Of a stretch of DNA of 64,000 bases, positions 19,700 through 29,159 are shown one piece after another; within the stretch, counting starts at the first letter, position 1; each line of letters opens with the position of its first letter. Below the pieces are notes generated by a model, which was not told the origin of the DNA, did no database searches, and saw only the letters and a program-made list of their open reading frames with translations. A program made the position numbers and the translations under genes. Origin of the DNA: Candidatus Obscuribacteraceae bacterium (lineage in GTDB: Bacteria; Cyanobacteriota; Vampirovibrionia; Obscuribacterales; Obscuribacteraceae); NCBI GenBank assembly GCA_044226015.1, contig JBGAHS010000004.1, positions 160,001 to 224,000 on the forward strand. Direction: 5' to 3'.

Positions 19700-19826
19700 A
19701 TAAGCACTTTAGTCAAAAGAAAATTCCTGAATCTCCAGCTGTGCCCACTCTGAAGACTGTGGCAATGTGTATACAATGCTGAAAACTGCTGACTATACTT
19801 GATCATGTATGCCTCAGGTAGGTTGA

Positions 19827-21647
19827 ATGGCAGACAAACCGCTGGACGATAATTCAAAGGTTGCTACTTCTGGCACTTTGGCCGAGAGGCTGGCTGCCAC
19901 TGTTTGGCAGCGTCCGGGAAGCGCTCAGAAGGATAGCGCCGAGAAGGACAGCGCCCAAAAGGATAGCGCCCAAAAGGTCAGCGCCAAGAAGGATAGCGCC
20001 AATCGCGACGAGAGTTCCCTTCGTATCAACTCGCATTCCGACCGCCTACCTAAGCCGCATGGTGAACTGCTGCAATTAACGGGGCATAAGCCGGGCGTTT
20101 TGCCGCATCTTAAGATTCAACGGCATGATCACTTTGACCATTCAGGCAAGGGGGTTAAAGACACCAGCACCCCGCATTCACTTGAAGAAAAACATTCTCA
20201 ATGGCGTGGAAAAGACATTTCATTGACATTGCGAAATGGGGTTCCGGCCAGGTATAAGGACGGCGATGGAGCTGTGTGGGCGAGTGATGACGGTAAGGGA
20301 TGGATTCGCGAGGGCGAGGGCTCTCTAGGGCGGCAAGCAAAAATCACTTTCGACAACGATCGGGTTCGAGAAGAGTCGCCATACGGGGTGACTAAGTCTT
20401 ATTTGTCAGATGGTTCTCTTCAAGAAAGTATCAAAACAGCAAACGGTGAAACTGTTGTTCTCTCAAGAAAAGCTGATGGATCCCAAACTCTTAACGACGG
20501 CACTCAGTCATGGGTTAGCCTTGACGGCAAGAATTGGACCAATGGGAAGGATTCTCGTCAAGCCGAATATCGCATCGATGAAAATGGTCGCTTGTTCGCT
20601 AAAGGCTCTGATGGCGTTGAATCGACTGAGAAATCATCTATGCAATTCTCTGAAATCGATAAGCGCATCGATGAGCTGAGTGCAAAGTACAACATCAAGT
20701 TTGGAAAGCCCCCTGAACGAATCCAGCATGAAGAAGATGATCCACCTGAAAAGCTCCTAGATTTGCGCTACCCAACGAAAGATGAGCTTGATGTTCTTGA
20801 GCAAGGACTAAGGCGCTTCGCTCATGTAGCCAAAAAGGATGGAACAGATTTTGGGGGGCTGCGATTTAACTGGGTTGCTAGTAATGAAAATGCACTGGAA
20901 GTCACTGAGCACGGTTGGCATGACGGCGGTAAACAACCCACGATTTCTATAGCACCAAAAGATGCTGCAAGAACATTTGGTTGGGCCGGTTTTGAAGGAA
21001 CTCTGGTTCACGAAATTGGGCATCAGTTGCAAGAACTTTTCTGGAAGAACAAGAAAGGCGAAGAGCAGGTACCAGCAGCAATACCAAAATTTTTCGGCTT
21101 TGAACCCGCTGGAAACAAGGGCGATGACAATCTCGATGTTTACAACATGGTCGATCGCGACGGGAAAAAATGGCAGTCTGCCGAACTCGAAATAGACGGA
21201 GAACCTGATGACCGCTGGGTGCCCGTTAGAAACGGAAAGGCTTCCAATGATCCTGCTGAGAGTATTTCGAATTCTGAAATGCGTGCACGAATTCCTGATG
21301 CGAAAAAGCCTGTGTCAGATTACTTTCCTCACCCTGACGAAGCGCATGCGGAAGCCCTTGCTATGCTGCTTTTGGACTCTCGTCGACTTTATCACATTAA
21401 TCCTAATCTTCATGCTGCAACAAAGAAATGGGACCAGTCGGATATAAATTATCGTTATGGGTTTAAGCGAGACGAAAGTGGCTGGGTTGTTCCGAAAATG
21501 TTGCGTGGCGTAGATGGCTATTTAGTTCAAAACACTGCAGAGGCTCGTAAGCAAATAGCGGCTGCCGAAGAACAGTGGAAGCACGAGCCACGAAATCCAC
21601 AAGCGATGATTCCGCATAATGATCGCCGTTGCAATTGCCACCACTGA
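19827..21647 (+). CDS. Hypothetical protein with a C-terminal HExxH zinc-metallopeptidase-like domain
   Basis: TLVHEIGHQL with downstream SDYF...DEAHAEALA; disordered N-terminus with 5 x (S)AxKD repeats; WxSxDGKxW occurs twice. Confidence 0.7.
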   Translation: MADKPLDDNSKVATSGTLAERLAATVWQRPGSAQKDSAEKDSAQKDSAQKVSAKKDSANRDESSLRINSHSDRLPKPHGELLQLTGHKPGVLPHLKIQRHDHFDHSGKGVKDTSTPHSLEEKHSQWRGKDISLTLRNGVPARYKDGDGAVWASDDGKGWIREGEGSLGRQAKITFDNDRVREESPYGVTKSYLSDGSLQESIKTANGETVVLSRKADGSQTLNDGTQSWVSLDGKNWTNGKDSRQAEYRIDENGRLFAKGSDGVESTEKSSMQFSEIDKRIDELSAKYNIKFGKPPERIQHEEDDPPEKLLDLRYPTKDELDVLEQGLRRFAHVAKKDGTDFGGLRFNWVASNENALEVTEHGWHDGGKQPTISIAPKDAARTFGWAGFEGTLVHEIGHQLQELFWKNKKGEEQVPAAIPKFFGFEPAGNKGDDNLDVYNMVDRDGKKWQSAELEIDGEPDDRWVPVRNGKASNDPAESISNSEMRARIPDAKKPVSDYFPHPDEAHAEALAMLLLDSRRLYHINPNLHAATKKWDQSDINYRYGFKRDESGWVVPKMLRGVDGYLVQNTAEARKQIAAAEEQWKHEPRNPQAMIPHNDRRCNCHH

Positions 21648-21712
21648 TGGTGTCGCCCTGGAAAGCTGGGACTGAGGGCTCGCAAATTAGTGGCTCGAAA
21701 GAATCTATGGCT

Positions 21713-22813
21713 TTATTCTTCATCTACTCCATCGCGGCGCTTTATTCGTGTTGCACCTTCAAGCTTCTCAAGTTCAAACGGTTCGACATTGCAGCGCTCA
21801 CCGATAAGTTCTGCCAGTCTAAAAGAATGGGTGATAATCCATAATTGTGATTCCTTTGATGCCGCTTTGATCAAGTCTGCGAGCGGCACTAGCAAGTCGG
21901 GATGAATGCTAGCCTCTGGTTCATTCAGGGCAATCAAACCTGCTGGTCGTGGGCTTAGCAAAGCAGCCAGAAGGCACAAGTAATGTAATGTTCCATCTGA
22001 AAGTTCTCTGGCTTCTAACGGTCGATGTAATCCGGGCATTCTTAAGGCAACTGATAACATGCCATTGAACTCGGCAAAGTCGAGTGATGACCCCGGAAAT
22101 GCTTGATCGATGCAAGCCTGCAATGCTCTCGAATCACCAACCCATAAAATCGTTTTTAAAGCTGCCGCAAGGTCGCTTGCATCATGCTGCATTATCATCG
22201 ACTTCGTTGCGAAAGTTCCTGTTCTGATGGGTGATTCATCGTCTGTTCGAAATTTGTGATAGAAACGCCAACTCAAAAACTCGTTACGAAGTTGAGATAA
22301 CTCAGGAAAAAGATGCGGCTCTTTTAGCTCAGCAATTACGGATTCAGATTCGCTAGCCCCATACGGATAGGTGATTCGCTTGCCCTGATTATCGCGTGCA
22401 TGAACTGCCATCGATTTTCTCTCGAGAAGTTTCACCTTATCTCCTCGGTCAAGAAAAGAGACGTGTTCTTCTTTAATGATGGGATCGAATGGGAACGGAT
22501 TTGTTTCGTCCAGCACAGGGACACCGCATTGAAGCTCATACTTTAGCCCTGATTCGAGTTTTATCGAAAAATTCAGTCTGTATTTTTCGTTCTTCATTCT
22601 CGGACCTGCCCACATGGCAGATTCGATGCCGCCTTCCTCTACAATGCTTCTGGCAAATCTACCTTCTGCTGCGTGAAACAACAATTTCAATGATTTGTAT
22701 AGATTGCTTTTGCCACTTCCGTTAGGTCCTACGATAACGTTGACCCGGCGCAAACGCATGTTTATGTATCGAAGCGAGCGATAGTGCTCAATTTTTAGTT
22801 CGCTAACTGTCAC
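21713..22813 (-). CDS. AAA/ABC-like ATPase (COG4637/AAA_21 type)
   Basis: GPNGSGKSN, ELSDGT, LIALNEPEASIHP, WIITHS. Confidence 0.9.
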   Translation of the reverse strand: MTVSELKIEHYRSLRYINMRLRRVNVIVGPNGSGKSNLYKSLKLLFHAAEGRFARSIVEEGGIESAMWAGPRMKNEKYRLNFSIKLESGLKYELQCGVPVLDETNPFPFDPIIKEEHVSFLDRGDKVKLLERKSMAVHARDNQGKRITYPYGASESESVIAELKEPHLFPELSQLRNEFLSWRFYHKFRTDDESPIRTGTFATKSMIMQHDASDLAAALKTILWVGDSRALQACIDQAFPGSSLDFAEFNGMLSVALRMPGLHRPLEARELSDGTLHYLCLLAALLSPRPAGLIALNEPEASIHPDLLVPLADLIKAASKESQLWIITHSFRLAELIGERCNVEPFELEKLEGATRIKRRDGVDEE

Positions 22814-24042
22814 AAGCTAGTTTTCCAAGGCCAGTTAGAGAGCACCTGATCAAGAAGAGGATCTTTCGCCACCGAAAGTGTGGAACCAGCGCCAGTTTTT
22901 ACCAATTTCTCGAGCAAAATTTTGCGCTTCTCTTCATCTGCGTTGTGCCAGATGATTTTGAATTTTGCCCACGCAAGATCAAAACTACTCATTGCACGTT
23001 TGTCATTGTCTGAGGGCGCCTGATTGAATTTCTCCACGACAACCTTTGCAAACAGTGCGCGATTATCGTTAGCATCAATGGTTCTTCCAGCATGTTGTTG
23101 TTCATATATAAAAATTGCCATGTCAGCGTAAGCGTTCACTGCGTCTTCTGAGAATGAGGGATTGCCCGAAACAGCCGTGCGTTGCAGCCCAAGCAATCGA
23201 GTAATCATGTCCGAATCAGACTCGAATTCAGAGCCCTCAACGTTGGTTTTTTCAGTGGAGTATCTTTCATGGACTCGTAACAAAGCGCGGAAAAGATCTG
23301 AATACTCTAGTTCAAGCTCTTGCTTGTTTCTAATATCATTCATCAATTGCGGCCAGAATTTCAGAATTGAACGAAGCTCTTCTGTTTGTTTTGCACCCTG
23401 TCGGGCTTTCTGTAACATGTACGCTTCCAGCTTCTTCTGGTCGGCATAGTCCATTCGTTCTCTGCTCACAACCTGAAAAAGCTGGAGCCAACACCTGACG
23501 GCTTGCTGGCTCTTATCGGTAAAATTCTCAAGCGGGTTGTCTAGCTTGCTAAAAGCACCTTCCTTCGCGCTAGGTAGAGTTGGTGTTCCACCTGGCATAG
23601 GTCCTTTTGCCACCGTAGCTGGTGCCTTCGGTTTCTTGATGTATTCAGTGGTTCTTGCTACACCGAGGCTGCCCGTGCTGGGTTCGGCTGTTGGTGCAGG
23701 TGCTACAGTTCGGGCGAACCCTCCACCATTGCGTGTTCCGCTCAACGCGGCGGAGTCATCTTCAAGTGCTTCATTTTTTTGAGTAGCTGCCTTTGCTGTA
23801 TTCTTAGCTTTTGTTGCTGCAGCATTTGGCGGAACCTTCTTTGCTGGTGCGGCTACCTTATTTGGAGCCTTTATCGACTTCAACATTCCCGCAGCCGATT
23901 GCTCTTCCACAGGCGGAGCTGTGCCCTCGTATCCCCAGTCATCTGCGTGACAAGAGTTTGCGCATGCGAAAGACAGCAGGCTTACGCTGACTGCGATTCT
24001 CGTGCTTAATCGGGCCAAGGACCAGGTTTGTCGAGATCTCAT
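22810..24042 (-). CDS. Exported hypothetical protein
   Basis: Signal-peptide-like N-terminus, Ala/Pro/Lys linker, helical C-terminal domain; overlaps the ATPase start by 4 nt. Confidence 0.7.
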   Translation of the reverse strand: MRSRQTWSLARLSTRIAVSVSLLSFACANSCHADDWGYEGTAPPVEEQSAAGMLKSIKAPNKVAAPAKKVPPNAAATKAKNTAKAATQKNEALEDDSAALSGTRNGGGFARTVAPAPTAEPSTGSLGVARTTEYIKKPKAPATVAKGPMPGGTPTLPSAKEGAFSKLDNPLENFTDKSQQAVRCWLQLFQVVSRERMDYADQKKLEAYMLQKARQGAKQTEELRSILKFWPQLMNDIRNKQELELEYSDLFRALLRVHERYSTEKTNVEGSEFESDSDMITRLLGLQRTAVSGNPSFSEDAVNAYADMAIFIYEQQHAGRTIDANDNRALFAKVVVEKFNQAPSDNDKRAMSSFDLAWAKFKIIWHNADEEKRKILLEKLVKTGAGSTLSVAKDPLLDQVLSNWPWKTSL

Positions 24043-24235
24043 TTCTGCTTCTGCTCCTGTGCTGCTTCCTTAAGTCCTAATTATTTTAAGCGCAATTCCG
24101 CTCTTGTTTCTGTTCATTCTGTCATAAGCGCCAGCTCATTGTTTTCAAAAGCTTGCAAATCGAGTGCCTACACGGGAAAACTTGCCAAGAATGTGCTAAT
24201 ATCGGGGCAGAGCGGCCCTTCGTTGAATTAAGCAT

Positions 24236-24814
24236 ATGTCTAAACTATCTATCGTTTGTTACCCGTCTGAAGGCTTGCGCGAAAAGTGCAAGAAAATTTC
24301 TCGTTTTGATTCCTCCACACGCAAGTTGGCGCAGGACATGCTAGAGACCATGTATGCCAACAATGGCGTTGGTCTAGCTGCTCCTCAAGTTGGCGTTAAC
24401 AAGCGCATGATGGTTATTGATGTCGCAGGTGAGGATGAACCGGCTAAACCAATGGTTTTCATCAATCCTGAAATCGTCGAGATGGACGGCGAAATGGTTG
24501 GAAACGAAGGTTGTCTTAGTTTCCCCGGAGTCTTTTTCGAAGTGAGGCGTTCTTCACGGGTAGTAGTCAAATTCAAGAATATATCTGGCAAAGACCAGAA
24601 ATTAGTTGCTGCTGACAACTTGCTCTGTCGTGCAATACAGCATGAAATCGACCACCTTGATGGTGAGCTTTTCATCGATAAAGCCGTGTCCAAACTCGCT
24701 GCAGACCTCGAATTGTCCAAGCAAGGCTTCCAGGGAGATGCTGTACAGGCTCCGGCTGCAGCCGCTGGCGTCACTGTTTCGACCAAGCAATCTGAGCGGC
24801 AATTGGTGGGTTAA
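24236..24814 (+). CDS. def: Peptide deformylase
   Basis: GVGLAAPQVG, EGCLSFPG, QHEIDHLDG. Confidence 0.97.
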   Translation: MSKLSIVCYPSEGLREKCKKISRFDSSTRKLAQDMLETMYANNGVGLAAPQVGVNKRMMVIDVAGEDEPAKPMVFINPEIVEMDGEMVGNEGCLSFPGVFFEVRRSSRVVVKFKNISGKDQKLVAADNLLCRAIQHEIDHLDGELFIDKAVSKLAADLELSKQGFQGDAVQAPAAAAGVTVSTKQSERQLVG

Positions 24815-24848
24815 GAGCCCTGCTTTTGTAGCTTTGCGAGGAGCCTGA

Positions 24849-25190
24849 ATGGCTTTTAACATCAGAGACGGTTTCTGGGGACTAGAGCATATGAGAATTG
24901 CTCTGTTTCGCCGCATCTTCAGGACTCCTGTAGATGTACATCTGAAGCGGTATGAAGGAAAAGGCGCAGTAATTGAAAAGGTGCTCGACACTAACGGAAC
25001 ACCCCAAATCTGTGAGCGCTGTGGGTTCTTGCTCGTACGTGGCCGTTACTCCAACCACTGGACTATGGAAATGTGTTCAGCATTTCCACTAGTAAAGCTG
25101 GACAATCTGCAGTTTCAAGACTGGTTTGCAAATTTAACAGACGCCGAAAAATCGACAAAAATCCCTCTAGAGCCTATACTTCACGAATGA
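24849..25190 (+). CDS. Hypothetical protein (CxxC)
   Basis: GAGGAG RBS; its stop overlaps the next ATG (ATGA). Confidence 0.65.
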   Translation: MAFNIRDGFWGLEHMRIALFRRIFRTPVDVHLKRYEGKGAVIEKVLDTNGTPQICERCGFLLVRGRYSNHWTMEMCSAFPLVKLDNLQFQDWFANLTDAEKSTKIPLEPILHE

Positions 25191-25645
25191 GCACCGCAGA
25201 TCAAATCGAGAACAAGCAGAATCCGACAAGCACGAAGTTTACTGTGCGAATAAGTTCCTTCGGATACAAAATGGGAAAGGCGCCAGCCGCCAATGCAATT
25301 TTTGATGTACGTTTTTTGAAAAACCCATATTGGGTTGAACATCTACGACCTCTAACTGGCCGCGATCTGCCCGTGCAAGAGTACGTGATGAACCAGCGAG
25401 CCGCCTCAGACTTCATGCGCTCGCTTGTAGAGATGCTAACTCTTTTAATTCCAGCACTCGAAGAAAATCAGATGAATGAGTTCAACATTGCTTTTGGATG
25501 CACTGGAGGACAGCATCGTTCTGCCACGATGGTCGAACTTCTTGCTCGGGAACTTTCTGCAAAACTTCCGTCATTACACATCGAACGTTCGCATAGAGAG
25601 TTGGACGGTAAGGTTGATAAGCCTCACCAGGAGGATCACCAATGA
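25187..25645 (+). CDS. Stand-alone RapZ/YvcJ C-terminal domain protein
   Basis: SSFGYK, FDVRFLKNPYW, LTGRD, IAFGCTGGQHRSA; no N-terminal P-loop. Confidence 0.85.
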   Translation: MSTADQIENKQNPTSTKFTVRISSFGYKMGKAPAANAIFDVRFLKNPYWVEHLRPLTGRDLPVQEYVMNQRAASDFMRSLVEMLTLLIPALEENQMNEFNIAFGCTGGQHRSATMVELLARELSAKLPSLHIERSHRELDGKVDKPHQEDHQ

Positions 25646-27168
25646 ACAAGAACTCCTGGGAGTATAAGCTTCGCGTTTTCATTTTGCCTGGATTGAAGCG
25701 ATGGATTCTGTTCATTTCTCTGGGCATCATAACAATCGTCATGGGTGTACTGTTGCTTCTGGAAGAGCACCCGGTCGATAAATTACTAAAATCCGCAGAC
25801 CGTATAGAACGCGTAGTAAGACGCGGTGCTCATGCCGTACCTCACGAAATCTCAGGAATTATCGCTCTATCCATCGGTGGTGTCGTCACTGTTTTAGCTG
25901 TAGGCAAACTTGTGCTCTCTATTCTTGGTGCTTACATGCCACAAGAACGAGAATCAATTCCAGATGTTTTGTTCAGGCGCCGCCATCTCGAACGTGGACC
26001 TCGTGTCGTTGTTATTGGCGGTGGCACCGGCTTGTCAAATCTGCTAAAAGGGCTGAAGCACTTCACAAACAACATCACTGCTATAGTCACTGTTGGAGAT
26101 GATGGCGGCAGTTCTGGTCGTTTGAGGCAAGAACTTGGTGTTCTCCCTCCGGGAGATATGCGAAACTGCATTACAGCATTGGCTGATGAGGAAAAGCTTG
26201 TCACCGAACTTTTCCGCTACCGATTTCAGCAGGGAAGTGGTTTGGAAGGACACAGTTTTGGCAACTTGTTTCTCACAGCCGTATGTGCCATCACAAATGG
26301 TGACATGCTTGAAGCTGCGCGAGTTGCAAGCCGTGTATTGAACAGTTGCGGACAGGTCTTGCCTTCAACCTTGCAGAATGTTGCTCTCGTCGCCGAGTTG
26401 GAAAACGGCCAAGCTGTTAAAGGCGAATCGCAGATTTCAGAGTCAACGTCGAAAATTGTTCATCTGCGAAGCGAACCTCATTTGCCAGAGGCTACTCCTG
26501 ATGCCATTCATGCAATCGCCAATGCAGACTTCATCATTATTGGACCGGGAAGTCTCTATACATCTGTAATTCCAAATCTAATTGTGAAAGGAATTCCAGA
26601 GGCAATCAAAAAGTCTACAGCGCGAAAGATATATGTCTGCAACATCATGACGCAAAAAGGTGAGACAACTGGGCTTACAGTTGCTGACCACGTGCGTGCC
26701 CTGCTGCTTCATGCCGGTTACCCAGACGGTTCACAAGGCTCAGCGAAAGTCAGATTCATCGATAGAGTGCTAGTCCATACATTTAAAGACAGCACGATTG
26801 CTCAAAACAACAAGGTTGCAGGAGCTGTCATTTGTGAGCCCAAACAAACACAAATGTTGGGTGTCAGAACGATGTATCGCGAAGTAGCGAATACTGAGTT
26901 GCCTGGTCATCATGACCCCGAGAAGTTAGCGGCAGCGCTCATGCTCTGGTATGCAAAACGCAGTAAGCGACCATTCTTTCGCGGGAGAGCTTTTAGCGGG
27001 CAACCGCGGAGACGACTAAGCGACCAGGCGCCGGAGAAAACTCTGGCAGAACCAAATCGTGTTGCTGACTCGAAGAGCGTTAGTGATGCCATGAAACAAA
27101 ATGGTTTACGCAGCACCGTAAACAAGAAACAGGAAGTTGCAACTTCTGCCCCTGGCAATGAAGGCTAA
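25642..27168 (+). CDS. yvcK: YvcK/GlmR (UPF0052) family protein with N-terminal TM segments
   Basis: VVIGGGTGLS, VGDDGGSSGRLR, PPGDMRNC, GHSFGNL, GPGSLYTSVIPNL, NIMTQKGET. Confidence 0.92.
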   Translation: MNKNSWEYKLRVFILPGLKRWILFISLGIITIVMGVLLLLEEHPVDKLLKSADRIERVVRRGAHAVPHEISGIIALSIGGVVTVLAVGKLVLSILGAYMPQERESIPDVLFRRRHLERGPRVVVIGGGTGLSNLLKGLKHFTNNITAIVTVGDDGGSSGRLRQELGVLPPGDMRNCITALADEEKLVTELFRYRFQQGSGLEGHSFGNLFLTAVCAITNGDMLEAARVASRVLNSCGQVLPSTLQNVALVAELENGQAVKGESQISESTSKIVHLRSEPHLPEATPDAIHAIANADFIIIGPGSLYTSVIPNLIVKGIPEAIKKSTARKIYVCNIMTQKGETTGLTVADHVRALLLHAGYPDGSQGSAKVRFIDRVLVHTFKDSTIAQNNKVAGAVICEPKQTQMLGVRTMYREVANTELPGHHDPEKLAAALMLWYAKRSKRPFFRGRAFSGQPRRRLSDQAPEKTLAEPNRVADSKSVSDAMKQNGLRSTVNKKQEVATSAPGNEG

Positions 27169-27304
27169 GTTCGGCTCTAATTTTCCGCAAGCTGTAGTTT
27201 AAGTTAGCGAGCATCGATCTGTATTAGACAGGGTGCCTGAGTTGTGGCGCTTTGGTTGCCGTTCATGCTTGAATAAGATGAGGTTGTAAATAAGCGTGGG
27301 CTAA

Positions 27305-28897
27305 ATGGGCGACAACGAAATATGCATGCCAGCGCGTGTTGATGGCGCTGAAGAAATTTCTCTTGCAGGGGGCGGCACTCCAGCAGTTTTGAACACTGAA
27401 TTTTTGACTGCCATTCCCTCTTCAGATACTGTAGATGTAAGTCTCGCACGACGAATTATCACGCCTGGGTCAAACAGAGTTTTGTGCCTTGCTGCGCAAA
27501 CAACTGTTCCTATCGCAGGGGACGAGACTTCATCAGTCACAGATTTGCGCTTGAAACTTTCAGACGGAACAAATGTTGTGCTGTCATTGAGTTGTTTCAA
27601 TGATGCCCTTCTTGGTGCTGCTTCGCCGAGTCCGGTGATGGCAACTGCAAGTGCCGGTGGAAGGGGTGGGGGAACGGCTGCGATCATAACCGTGCAGCCT
27701 GCTTATTTTGACCCTGAAAAATACAAGGTTCGAAGTGAGCCGCACCTTAGTAGAACGATAATTGCTATTCTTGCTGGGCTTGCACTCGGAGCTTATGTTT
27801 CGATTCAGGCAGGAGATATGAAAAAGTTGTCGACAAAGTTTGCTGCCGCTCTTGGCTCATCCGTGCTACGCGCTCCGAAGCAGCTTTCGGTCGACAACGC
27901 GATTTCCATTTCTCAAAAATCATTGATTCACAAAACTGCTAATCGGAAGCATGTCCACGAAAATATAGCGAATCAGAGTTTTTCCGGCTCGCAAGTTCAA
28001 AACAGAGTGGAAAAAAATAGGCTTAGAACTGGCCCGAAGTTTGCAACAGGTTTTCACAAGAGTGAAAATCATTTGGTCGCAAAGACTGATGGAAAAAAGA
28101 ACGGTGTGCTTTTGACAAACAAAAAAGTGCTTCAACCTGAGCATAGCAACAAGATTGGAGCTGTTGCGTCAAAACGAAAACATACCGATGACTATTTCGT
28201 TCCTCCACCACCTCCAACATCATTTGAACTCGGTGCTGCGCCTGGCTATCAGTGGCAGCTCGTACCAACAGGAGCCACAGGGAATGCTTTTGGTGCTGGT
28301 GCCGCTTTGCCACCAATGGCGATGCCAAATCAGTCACCATTATTGGCTAGCGAACCAAAAGCTACGGCATCGAAGCGAGTTGAGAAGACCGCAAACTCCG
28401 CAAATAGGGCTTCAGTTCAAAAATCGCAGGAGTCATCGTCAGATGCCTCTTCTTCGAATGGAGTGATCAAGCAAATTACCGGGAAATCAGACAAGCCCCT
28501 GCCTCCCGATCTGATTGGCTCTCCAACTAGTCCTAAACAGATTCAACCCGGATTGCGAACAGTGCCAGATGCAAAAACAAAATTGATTCCTCCTGCGAAA
28601 GTACTACCTGATGCACCGGCAAAGCCAGAGGTGATTCCTCCTGCCAAAATTCAGACCGAACCTCATACAAAGCCCGAAGTGATACCACCGGCTAAAGTGC
28701 CGTCTGATCAACATACGAAGACTGAGAATTCAGCAGGGGCTGCCAGGAGTCTTCAACACGCAAAATTGCAATCCAACCCAAGCGACAACAGCAAGATAGG
28801 TGTCACGGCGAATGTTTTGCCTACAACACAATTAGCCGCAAGCAAGGATGCGGCATCGTTTCATCTTGAACGAATTCGCATTCCGGGGCAGGACTGA
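27305..28897 (+). CDS. Hypothetical single-TM protein with a long Pro-rich disordered region
   Basis: TM segment IIAILAGLALGAYVSI; PPPPP; three IPPAK repeats. Confidence 0.65.
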   Translation: MGDNEICMPARVDGAEEISLAGGGTPAVLNTEFLTAIPSSDTVDVSLARRIITPGSNRVLCLAAQTTVPIAGDETSSVTDLRLKLSDGTNVVLSLSCFNDALLGAASPSPVMATASAGGRGGGTAAIITVQPAYFDPEKYKVRSEPHLSRTIIAILAGLALGAYVSIQAGDMKKLSTKFAAALGSSVLRAPKQLSVDNAISISQKSLIHKTANRKHVHENIANQSFSGSQVQNRVEKNRLRTGPKFATGFHKSENHLVAKTDGKKNGVLLTNKKVLQPEHSNKIGAVASKRKHTDDYFVPPPPPTSFELGAAPGYQWQLVPTGATGNAFGAGAALPPMAMPNQSPLLASEPKATASKRVEKTANSANRASVQKSQESSSDASSSNGVIKQITGKSDKPLPPDLIGSPTSPKQIQPGLRTVPDAKTKLIPPAKVLPDAPAKPEVIPPAKIQTEPHTKPEVIPPAKVPSDQHTKTENSAGAARSLQHAKLQSNPSDNSKIGVTANVLPTTQLAASKDAASFHLERIRIPGQD

Positions 28898-28987
28898 ATT
28901 TGCACATTTGCATTTTGGTTCGTTATGGAACTGGTTCCCAAACATCGATTTCAAATTCGCCGGCCGGATGCTGGCTCTGTTCTTTTA

Positions 28988-29075
28988 GCGGATACTAGGG
29001 AAACGAAGGGGGGCCGCCATCCCCGACACACACCATCATCAGATGACGTATGTCGACCTCCGCTCCTAGATCCGC
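28988..29075 (-). ncRNA. Candidate 88-nt three-way-junction structured RNA
   Basis: Closing helix GCGGAU-CUAGG-GCGGAGG / CCUUCGU-CCUAG-AUCCGC; inner hairpin CGACAUAC...GUGUGUCG; G-U pairs favour the minus strand. Confidence 0.4.
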
Positions 29076-29159
29076 GCAGTTGGCAGACAAGGAATGAATA
29101 TTCCGGCAAGCAATGCTCGGATATTCAATATGCATTGTGCCATACCTATGTATGCATTG

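Noticed and set aside
21713..22813. Walker B reading LNEPE, and possible pairing with the TOPRIM gene as a PARIS-like system
   Set aside because: As I recall, NEPE is common in this ATPase subfamily. The two genes are about 16 kb apart with no linkage.
28988..29075. Hammerhead (CUGAUGA) or fluoride-riboswitch (GGGGAUGG) resemblance
   Set aside because: No GAAA after a stem II on the same strand, and the 3' fluoride pseudoknot segment is missing.
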